Origin: Escherichia phage vB_EcoM-fFiEco06 | Reading direction: 5' to 3' (one strand) | Length of the DNA stretch: 64,000 nucleotides | Sequence record: NC_054914.1 | Part shown: one piece after another, positions 57,205 through 64,000 of the stretch | How positions within the stretch are numbered: the stretch's first letter is position 1 | Layout of the letters: every line of letters begins with the position of its first letter | Program-made: the position numbers and the translations under genes | The notes under the pieces: model-generated | The model's input: only the letters and a program-made list of their open reading frames with translations | Database searches by the model: none | Told to the model about the DNA's origin: nothing

Positions 57205-59262
57205 TTATCCTTGAACGAACTTGTAAGGCATGTTTGCAATATCTATACAAGACGCAATAATTCCAAGAGATGATTCTACTTTCTGTTTAACGTTTGATGA
57301 AACAAATGATGTAAAGTCAACTCTGTCTTCTATTTCAATATCACCTGTCATTGCAACTACTTCGCCGGTTTCCATTAGACGGTCACCGTCATAAATTACC
57401 GATTCGGTGAGTTCTTCTGTGGTCATAACTTCAGCTTGAATAAGCTTGTTGTTAGTTTTAACTGTTCCATCATTGTAAGATGCATCGGTTATTTTATTAA
57501 CTTTGACCATTAATCCACGTGGCAAAATGACTTCCATTTCATTTGAAGGTGCTAAACTTCCACCTGGTAAAACAACATTGACTTTATCAGCCCCAGTAAT
57601 AACCCATCCAATTCCAACTAAATTATCGCTAGAATTTACTAGTCCTTCATCAGTTTTATCAATAGAAACACTTAAACGCTTTTCGTCTGGTAAAACACCC
57701 ACAGATGAATCAGTCATCCAGGTACCAAAAATATTTGGATATAATGATGTTGACACAAAATTTCTAAAATAAAAAACTCGATTTTTTACCAGTGCTTCAT
57801 ATATTGAAGGTAACATTCGTTGTGAACGATACAAAGTAATACCTTTTGGTAATCGTTCACCATTTTTAAAGGCAGAATCTAAATTATCAATAGCTTTTTC
57901 TATATCAGATGCTGTCAAAATACTTGTACGCTCATCTGGATTATATAATCCCAAAAGAGCGTTATTTATGTCTACATATCCTGAACTTACGTATTCACGA
58001 ATTCCGCGTTTTTGTGCCGGTGTGTATTTAGATGAATCTTTATTTTCGACTATAGGATGTAGTGACCATCCAGCGGTAAGAGCATATCCACGCAATTCTC
58101 TTCGAATAATCTTTGTTTTTATTGCATTCCAAGAATTTTGTACTAACTCATTCGCAGCATCTTGATTTAAATGCGAATGCTTGTTAATGTTTCTTTCTAA
58201 CCAAGCACCTTTATATTTTTCTAAAGTATCATCAACTATAGAAGCAATAGTTTCTAAAGTTTTTATTGAAGTAATAGATTCTTTTCGTAATCTTTCTAAA
58301 GCTTTATTTTTTATTTCTGCATTAACATCAGATTCTTTATCTTCAGGAATTATAGAAGCTTCTCTGAATGCCATTCCAGCTGTAACACTACTAAGAGCAT
58401 TCTCTAATGCAAATCCTGAAGTAGAAATAACAGTTAATTCATTAGCGTCAGAAATTAAAGGAGCGTCAGCAGGTTTATTTAATTCTGCTGCTGAAGCCTC
58501 AAATTTTTGAAACATCGGCGTTTCAAATCTAGAAGATTCCAATGATTGACTTTGCGCAATTGCTCTACGGGAAATTTTAACTTTAACGATTACAGCTTGG
58601 TCAGAACGTTTATCATTTTCTTGCGCAATAGATGCTGCAATTGCCTCATTTTTAGTTACTTGAGCTCCAGTATCTTTATTGATATAAACATCACCGACCT
58701 TCGATTCAACTTTAGTAAAGAGCTCAGTACTAATTTCCGGAACTCCCGGAATGTCTTCTAGTGATACATTTTTGCGATGTATAAGAATATATGCATACTT
58801 TTTATCGTAATCCCAGAGTTCCTTAAGAAGGACATATCTGCCACCTGAACGACTACGGATAAGTCTATCAGCAATAACTTGAATTTGTCGAGCTTGACCA
58901 GCGGTTTTAGACTTAAGAATACGAAGCATACAGGCATCAATTTTATACTGACGCATTGTTTGCATCGCAACAGTAAAAACTGAATTGATATAATTAATTG
59001 GGCTTGGACCAAGACCTTTTAATTTAGCAATTGAACCTTTAGCAGTTAATGTAAAAGGAACAATATGCATCATTTTATCGCCCATCTTTAAATCGCGATT
59101 AGTATCACCTCCAGATGTATAGGTACATAAACGAAAGCCTGGTTGTTCAATTGCATCATCAACATGAACTGAAAAAATTTGCGGTATTTTCTTCTTTGGA
59201 TTTAAGTTTGTAATCGGAAGAGTAGTATCTTCGTCAAATAATTCTGTAATAAGTTCCATCAT
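57205..59262 (-). CDS. alt: Alt ADP-ribosyltransferase (promoter-proximal copy)
   Basis: 685 aa (T4 Alt 682); R-S-E signature TLYRSQ / NFVSTSL / EMEVILPRG; late promoter and GAGAGG SD upstream; which copy is orthologous to T4 alt is not resolved. Confidence 0.8.
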   Translation of the reverse strand: MMELITELFDEDTTLPITNLNPKKKIPQIFSVHVDDAIEQPGFRLCTYTSGGDTNRDLKMGDKMMHIVPFTLTAKGSIAKLKGLGPSPINYINSVFTVAMQTMRQYKIDACMLRILKSKTAGQARQIQVIADRLIRSRSGGRYVLLKELWDYDKKYAYILIHRKNVSLEDIPGVPEISTELFTKVESKVGDVYINKDTGAQVTKNEAIAASIAQENDKRSDQAVIVKVKISRRAIAQSQSLESSRFETPMFQKFEASAAELNKPADAPLISDANELTVISTSGFALENALSSVTAGMAFREASIIPEDKESDVNAEIKNKALERLRKESITSIKTLETIASIVDDTLEKYKGAWLERNINKHSHLNQDAANELVQNSWNAIKTKIIRRELRGYALTAGWSLHPIVENKDSSKYTPAQKRGIREYVSSGYVDINNALLGLYNPDERTSILTASDIEKAIDNLDSAFKNGERLPKGITLYRSQRMLPSIYEALVKNRVFYFRNFVSTSLYPNIFGTWMTDSSVGVLPDEKRLSVSIDKTDEGLVNSSDNLVGIGWVITGADKVNVVLPGGSLAPSNEMEVILPRGLMVKVNKITDASYNDGTVKTNNKLIQAEVMTTEELTESVIYDGDRLMETGEVVAMTGDIEIEDRVDFTSFVSSNVKQKVESSLGIIASCIDIANMPYKFVQG

Positions 59263-59282
59263 AGCCTCTCTAGTGTTTATTC

Positions 59283-59290
59283 TATTTATA
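59283..59290 (-). promoter_or_regulatory. late promoter TATAAATA for the alt pair
   Basis: Exact motif 21 nt upstream of ATG 59262 on the minus strand. Confidence 0.5.
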
Positions 59291-59295
59291 AAATT

Positions 59296-59313
59296 AAAGG
59301 CCCGAAGGCCTTT
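59296..59313 (-). terminator. stem-loop AAAGGCC-CGAA-GGCCTTT between 59312..59500 ORF and alt
   Basis: Palindromic hairpin with flanking A/T runs. Confidence 0.45.
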
Positions 59314-59500
59314 AATAATCTAGTGGTAAGAGAGTACGGTATATTTCAAACTTTGGACCTTTTTCATAGGCATCAAATGTTTCTGTGAATTTATTATAAG
59401 CGTATGCATCTACAAATTCGAGAATGACTTGTGATACAGAAGTAGAAACATCTCCACCTTCTTTTTGAGCAATGACAATTGTTTCTAAGTAAGCTTTCAT
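59312..59500 (-). CDS. hypothetical protein
   Basis: 62 aa ORF; start overlaps gene 30 stop (ATGA). Confidence 0.5.
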   Translation of the reverse strand: MKAYLETIVIAQKEGGDVSTSVSQVILEFVDAYAYNKFTETFDAYEKGPKFEIYRTLLPLDY

Positions 59501-60960
59501 AAACCAGTTACCTCATGAAAATCACCAAATACATCCTCGAATGTATTAGCTTTAGTTTTATCTTCACGCAAACGAATCGCAATCGGAAGAAATAATTTAA
59601 CGTAATCAGTGCGGCCATCAGATTTTAACCAACCGTTGCATTCGCACTCTAGAATTTTTCCAATATAATAATTTTGGTTTTCCATAATGCGAGTACGGTC
59701 AAGTTCATGCGATTTTACACCGGCTTTATCTTTTAAGCCTGAACCAGCATTTACTTTAATTTTTCCACACTCTGACTCAAGAATAAATCCACCTGCTTTA
59801 GTAGGGTCTTTACGGTGAGGATAAATTCCTACAATTTTTAAATCAACATCAATTACTTCTTTAAATTTATAGAGATTTTTTGAACGAGCATTTTCCCATA
59901 ATCCATCGATATTTTTGAGAATAATACCTTCAAGACCTTGGTCAATATACTTTTTATAAATTACCTTGGCTTCGTCTAGGTTATTTACTACCTGGTTTTC
60001 AATTAAAATTACTTTATCATAGCCTGATGTCATTTGTTCTAGTTTAGAAAAACGTACATCATATTTCAAACGAAATGCAGGAAGACCGTATATTTCTACC
60101 AACGGTACATAATCCCAGACCTGAAACTTCATGCATTGTGCTTCTTTTTCAGAAATGGTTCCCTTTAAAGATTTATTGGCGATGCCATTAGATGCAGTAC
60201 GTGATTCAGCTACTTCGGCGAATTCTTTAGCTTTACTGTTTTCAGGATAAGCATCAAAAAGAAAATCTAGGCCTTCTGGCTCCTTTTCAACTTGCTCATG
60301 GTATACCAATTCGCCATCAATTAACACACCTTCTGGATGAATCTGGCGAGCTTCTGCAGTCATTTTGATTAACTCTTCTTTGAGAAGATCTAATCCTAGA
60401 TATTCATTACCAGCTCGTGATAAAAGACGAACATCATCTAATTCATCACCTCTGACTTCAGCAAAGCACCGAGCTCCATCAGCTTTTAATTGGGCAAAGG
60501 CTGGAAATTTGATATTCTTGCTAATGCCTTTTTCATCATAAGAACTTGCCAGCATTTGAGGTTGTTCAGGAATTAAACCTGGCCAAACTTTGTTTGCAAT
60601 AGATACTGATGCACCGCATTCAAGGTCTCGCATCATCACCCGACGCAAAACTTCAACATCATCTTTTTTACCGTCAGCAATATATCCAGTCAATTCCTCA
60701 ATTGCCGCATTTCCAGTCAATTTCCGAGTAGCTAATGTGAATTCAATGAAGTCAAGCATATCGGTAAGAGTCAACATTCCAAAACTCTGGGTAGCAATAC
60801 CAGGTTTAGGCCATTTCTTGATATAATACTGTAACCCACGAGAATAAGTTAGACGATATACTCGTTTAAGCAATTCATTATCTTTATTCTTTTCAAGAAT
60901 TGCTTGCTTCTGCTTAGTTGAACCAATAGATGCTATTTTGTTCAGAATTTTAAGAATCAT
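59497..60960 (-). CDS. 30: gp30 ATP-dependent DNA ligase
   Basis: 487 aa; MILKILNKIASIGSTKQKQAILEKNKDNELLKRVYRLTYSRGLQYYIKKWPKPG; adenylation motif KADGARC. Confidence 0.97.
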   Translation of the reverse strand: MILKILNKIASIGSTKQKQAILEKNKDNELLKRVYRLTYSRGLQYYIKKWPKPGIATQSFGMLTLTDMLDFIEFTLATRKLTGNAAIEELTGYIADGKKDDVEVLRRVMMRDLECGASVSIANKVWPGLIPEQPQMLASSYDEKGISKNIKFPAFAQLKADGARCFAEVRGDELDDVRLLSRAGNEYLGLDLLKEELIKMTAEARQIHPEGVLIDGELVYHEQVEKEPEGLDFLFDAYPENSKAKEFAEVAESRTASNGIANKSLKGTISEKEAQCMKFQVWDYVPLVEIYGLPAFRLKYDVRFSKLEQMTSGYDKVILIENQVVNNLDEAKVIYKKYIDQGLEGIILKNIDGLWENARSKNLYKFKEVIDVDLKIVGIYPHRKDPTKAGGFILESECGKIKVNAGSGLKDKAGVKSHELDRTRIMENQNYYIGKILECECNGWLKSDGRTDYVKLFLPIAIRLREDKTKANTFEDVFGDFHEVTGL

Positions 60961-61226
60961 TGTTCATCCTTTAGAGTTTGGTTTACAGCTCTATTATAAA
61001 TCAATTCATCATTAAGCTCAGTCAAAGACTTGTGGTACGTGGTTCTAACTTTATTTCCTTGCATCCAGTGCTTGACGTAAATGAAACCTTGCTCTACACA
61101 TTTTTTAAAAATTCGTTCGTCTTTTTGAGCTCGGAATTCTGGATTGCATCTAAAAAATTGATTTACGTGACCGTAATCACGTGTAGTATTACCTTCATTT
61201 TCATAAATAGTGTGAACGACAAACAT
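60957..61226 (-). CDS. hypothetical protein (30.1-like position)
   Basis: 89 aa ORF overlapping gene 30 start. Confidence 0.5.
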   Translation of the reverse strand: MFVVHTIYENEGNTTRDYGHVNQFFRCNPEFRAQKDERIFKKCVEQGFIYVKHWMQGNKVRTTYHKSLTELNDELIYNRAVNQTLKDEQ

Positions 61227-62062
61227 TAGAATGCTCCTTGAAAAATATTATCACCACTAGTAGGTCTATTATACAAATACTCTATGCCACCGGGTTTAAT
61301 ATAGTTCCATGTCTGAAACGGATGCGTCTGATATGGATGATATAGATTATAAGGATTAAATCCAGGAGTTCTCCAGGTAGTGTTCCAAGGAAAAGAATCG
61401 TTTTTAATCATCTTTTCAATTACATCTTTTATAGCTTTTTCACTATCAAAACTTTCTTTATTTTCATTCGATGGAAAAAGCTTATTCTCTACATCATTCC
61501 ATGTATAAACTCGCTGTGCAGTTTTTGGAATACTGTCACGCTCCCCTCGAGCCATCCAATAAACAGGAACATTTAATATTTCACTCGCATGATCGCAGTG
61601 GTGAGCGAGATCGTCAATATAACAAATTACGTTATATTTCTCTTTTGCCTTTTTGAACAACTCTTCTTTTGAAGAATCATGACCACACATCAATACTTCT
61701 GAGAAGGCACCAGGAAAAAGAGCATTCAAATTAAATTGACGATTCAGCAGAGCGTCAATAGAATCACCCAGTGCTGTAACAGCTACAAAATTATAATCTT
61801 CTTTTAATTTGTTAATTACACACAGGGCATCTTTATATGGAGACAAATAGCGAATAAAATCTGAACGATTATACTTTTCGATTAATTTAACACCAAGTTC
61901 TTCATCGCAATTAAAGAGCTTACCAGGAGAAATAAATTTTTCGTCCTGAATCATTTTTAAAATATGTTCCAACGGAAGATTATATTTTTGGGCAAAATAA
62001 GGAAGGCCCGATTGCCAGCTTAAACACACCCCGTCAATATCAGTCAAAATAGTAGGCTTCAT
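61226..62062 (-). CDS. putative HAD-superfamily phosphatase / 5'(3')-deoxyribonucleotidase-like protein
   Basis: 278 aa; HAD motif I ILTDIDGV near N-terminus, motif II FVAVTALG, motif IV ICYIDDL; assignment by motif only. Confidence 0.5.
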   Translation of the reverse strand: MKPTILTDIDGVCLSWQSGLPYFAQKYNLPLEHILKMIQDEKFISPGKLFNCDEELGVKLIEKYNRSDFIRYLSPYKDALCVINKLKEDYNFVAVTALGDSIDALLNRQFNLNALFPGAFSEVLMCGHDSSKEELFKKAKEKYNVICYIDDLAHHCDHASEILNVPVYWMARGERDSIPKTAQRVYTWNDVENKLFPSNENKESFDSEKAIKDVIEKMIKNDSFPWNTTWRTPGFNPYNLYHPYQTHPFQTWNYIKPGGIEYLYNRPTSGDNIFQGAF

Positions 62063-62523
62063 AGAGAGTCTCTTAATAGGTTTAACACATCAATAAATTC
62101 AGCTTCGGTTAGTATTGTATCATCTTTTGTTAGACCACTAGCCATGCTATGCTTCAAAATTTTTCCTTTAGAGGCTTGTAAGGCATCACGAAACCCCTTG
62201 TTTTGAATCGCTGCTTCAAAATATGCATTTGTATACAACTCTTTCCATGCTGCAGAGTATCTTGAAAAGGGAATTCCAAGCCAGAAAAGCGTCCCACGGT
62301 CCGCAGCTCTTGCATAAGCTCTTCCACTTTGCTGGGCGGCCAAGCCGGAGAGCCCAAATATACGTTTTTGTTGTTCAACATTTTTCACCTTGCATCCTTG
62401 GAGGAATCCTTCAAGACCTCCGAATTGAATACCATCCATGACGAAAGGCCATTGGGCGAAATTACTTAATGCACACGATGGCCATCTAAAATTGCTTCTA
62501 ATCTCTAACTCAGACATTTTCAA
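62059..62523 (-). CDS. putative NADAR/YbiA-like domain protein
   Basis: 154 aa; ALSNFAQWPFVMDGIQFGGLEGFLQGCKV resembles YbiA-family core (FSNF..WP...DG.....EHYFQAQKF); motif-level only. Confidence 0.5.
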   Translation of the reverse strand: MKMSELEIRSNFRWPSCALSNFAQWPFVMDGIQFGGLEGFLQGCKVKNVEQQKRIFGLSGLAAQQSGRAYARAADRGTLFWLGIPFSRYSAAWKELYTNAYFEAAIQNKGFRDALQASKGKILKHSMASGLTKDDTILTEAEFIDVLNLLRDSL

Positions 62524-62716
62524 TACTTATAATTTCAACATCAGCCCAATGACCATAGCAAGGAAGACGAAATTCAACTGGCCAGTTAGGGTCCTTTTCT
62601 AATATAATAGACTTAACTTGTGGTTCTTCATGTTCATCAGTATACGGATTTTTATCTGTTACTTTATATGTGACCTTAATGTACTGAATTCCAAAAATCT
62701 TATTAATTATATTCAT
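62510..62716 (-). CDS. hypothetical protein
   Basis: 68 aa ORF in tightly packed operon. Confidence 0.45.
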   Translation of the reverse strand: MNIINKIFGIQYIKVTYKVTDKNPYTDEHEEPQVKSIILEKDPNWPVEFRLPCYGHWADVEIISIENV

Positions 62717-62910
62717 ACTAATTCCTTTAATCCGTAAATAGGAGACAATTCATCACCCATACGAAGGTCTTCATTTCCATCTACCCAGGAAACAATATAA
62801 GCCTCTTTTATTTGAATACCACTCCATTTAAATGGAGGTAGAACCTTAGAAATTAATCCAGGTATACCAACTCCCTTTAATTCAACAGTTTGACCTAAAA
62901 AGAATTTCAT
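62713..62910 (-). CDS. hypothetical protein
   Basis: 65 aa ORF, ATGA overlaps on both sides. Confidence 0.45.
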   Translation of the reverse strand: MKFFLGQTVELKGVGIPGLISKVLPPFKWSGIQIKEAYIVSWVDGNEDLRMGDELSPIYGLKELV

Positions 62911-63197
62911 TAGAACCTCATCTGAAAGCCATGCGATTTAACATTACCGCCGCCAATATCAGAAATATTAATTTCACGCGCAATTGAAGGGTCAATGTCA
63001 ATTTCACGATTGAGTTTAGTGATAGCTAAAGTATCGCGCCCATTTACTGTACGGAACTCTAGAGGACAAACCACATTAACGTAGTTTTTAATCGATTCAC
63101 TGGTAGGTTGCAAATGAGCAGGAAGATCTTTAGGCGCCTTAGAGAAAACTACTTCGCAGAAGTTTTTACGAGTATCAAAATAAGTAGTCATAAACAT
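62910..63197 (-). CDS. hypothetical protein
   Basis: 95 aa ORF. Confidence 0.5.
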   Translation of the reverse strand: MFMTTYFDTRKNFCEVVFSKAPKDLPAHLQPTSESIKNYVNVVCPLEFRTVNGRDTLAITKLNREIDIDPSIAREINISDIGGGNVKSHGFQMRF

Positions 63198-63214
63198 AGT
63201 ATTTTCCTCAGTAA

Positions 63215-63228
63215 GGGGCCGAAGCCCC
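63215..63228 (-). terminator. stem-loop GGGGC-UUCG-GCCCC (minus RNA)
   Basis: Identical hairpin to 2505-2518 and 42824-42837; intergenic. Confidence 0.45.
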
Positions 63229-63238
63229 TCATTTTATT

Positions 63239-63604
63239 TTAAATATCAAATTCGTTAAGAACTACATCAAAGATTGCTTCAAGATGCTCAGGTTTAGCTC
63301 TGTTACTCAGAATATGACGAATCCAAGTTTTAACCAAAAGCTTGCGATTAGCGCCATTCCAGCAAGGATGAGTCCCTAAATCGCGTTGACGGAAATCATC
63401 ATCCAGAGCGATTTTAAAGTTGGAACCTTCCATTGTGATTGAAACCGTGATACCGTTTTCAAATCGCATATAAACGTAATTAGGAGTCATATACTGTTCA
63501 ATTTCGCATACTGAACCATTTTGATGTTTCCAAAGGCAGATGGTATCAATAGAACCTGTAATACCATTAGAAACATATTTACGTTCAAAGTTAATGTAGT
63601 TCAT
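63239..63604 (-). CDS. hypothetical protein
   Basis: Track TTG start 63616; ATG 63602-63604 with GGAGAA SD gives 121 aa. Confidence 0.5.
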   Translation of the reverse strand: MNYINFERKYVSNGITGSIDTICLWKHQNGSVCEIEQYMTPNYVYMRFENGITVSITMEGSNFKIALDDDFRQRDLGTHPCWNGANRKLLVKTWIRHILSNRAKPEHLEAIFDVVLNEFDI

Positions 63605-63629
63605 TTTATTCTCCAAGATGTTTAATTGC

Positions 63630-63669
63630 GGTACAGGTATATAATATCATGTCCTGTACCAAAGTAAAC
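63630..63669 (-). promoter_or_regulatory. early promoter embedded in 8-bp inverted repeat (-35 GTTTAC, 17-nt spacer, -10 TATTAT)
   Basis: GGTACAGG...CCTGTACC hairpin 63630-63660 contains the -10; GTTTAC at 63664-63669. Confidence 0.4.
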
Positions 63670-63673
63670 TATT

Positions 63674-63925
63674 TTATGCAACTTTAATCCAATTATCTAA
63701 ATTTAATTCACCTTTGGCTTTCATTTTTTCAATCAAGAGGTCAGCGGTAATACGACCATTTTGATACCACGTAACATCTTCAGAGTAACCAGTTTCTTTA
63801 TCTTCATAAGTCTCACAGCGAATTTTACCAAGAATCAAAGTTTTTAATTCGTATGTATCTCCAGTAAAAAAGTTAGTTAACATTATTTTCCAAGAGAAAT
63901 CATCAGAAGGACCTTCAGGAGTCAT
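63674..63925 (-). CDS. hypothetical protein
   Basis: 83 aa ORF; no clear SD, start uncertain. Confidence 0.4.
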   Translation of the reverse strand: MTPEGPSDDFSWKIMLTNFFTGDTYELKTLILGKIRCETYEDKETGYSEDVTWYQNGRITADLLIEKMKAKGELNLDNWIKVA

Positions 63926-64000
63926 ACAATCTACAAATTCAAATTGTTCTTTATATAAATGCCACTGAAGTTCTTTAGTTTCGATAGCTTTATAGCCGTC

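Noticed and set aside
63926-64000. Possible 3' end of a further minus-strand gene running off the window end
   Set aside because: Only about 75 nt available; frame and boundaries cannot be established

Overview
This window is a contiguous ~64 kb segment of a T4-like (T-even, Tequatrovirus-type) myophage genome. Calls rest on reading the six-frame translations, on synteny and on remembered T4 protein lengths and sequences; no database search was run. Order: 5' part of lysozyme e, nudE and a block of small e.x-like ORFs (minus strand); a stable-RNA region and 10 tRNA genes (minus); an internal-protein (ip) locus; 57B-57A-1-3-2-4 (minus); the plus-strand late block 53-5-5.1-5.4-6-7-8-9-10-11-12-wac-13-14-15-16-17-18-[HNH-like ORF]-19-20-67-68-21-22-23-24; rnlB-24.x-hoc-inh (minus); uvsW-uvsW.1 (plus); uvsY-25-26 (minus); 51-27-28-29-48-54 (plus); two tandem alt-like ADP-ribosyltransferase genes, DNA ligase 30 and 30.x ORFs (minus). 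Most of the window is ordinary conserved morphogenesis DNA. The accessory points worth a second look are: (1) a tandem pair of full-length Alt-family ADP-ribosyltransferases, (2) an HNH/zinc-ribbon endonuclease-like ORF between genes 18 and 19, (3) NADAR/YbiA-like and HAD-like ORFs next to ligase and alt, (4) a tRNA cluster carrying Asn and Tyr tRNAs where T4 has segB, and (5) ip-locus cassettes whose early promoters sit inside covarying hairpins. I did not find a clearly novel multi-gene system beyond these. Coordinates of RNA genes and regulatory motifs were hand-derived and may be off by a few nt. The ORF track often uses TTG/GTG as longest-ORF starts; where an ATG or GTG with a good Shine-Dalgarno sequence (SD) exists I give that start instead.
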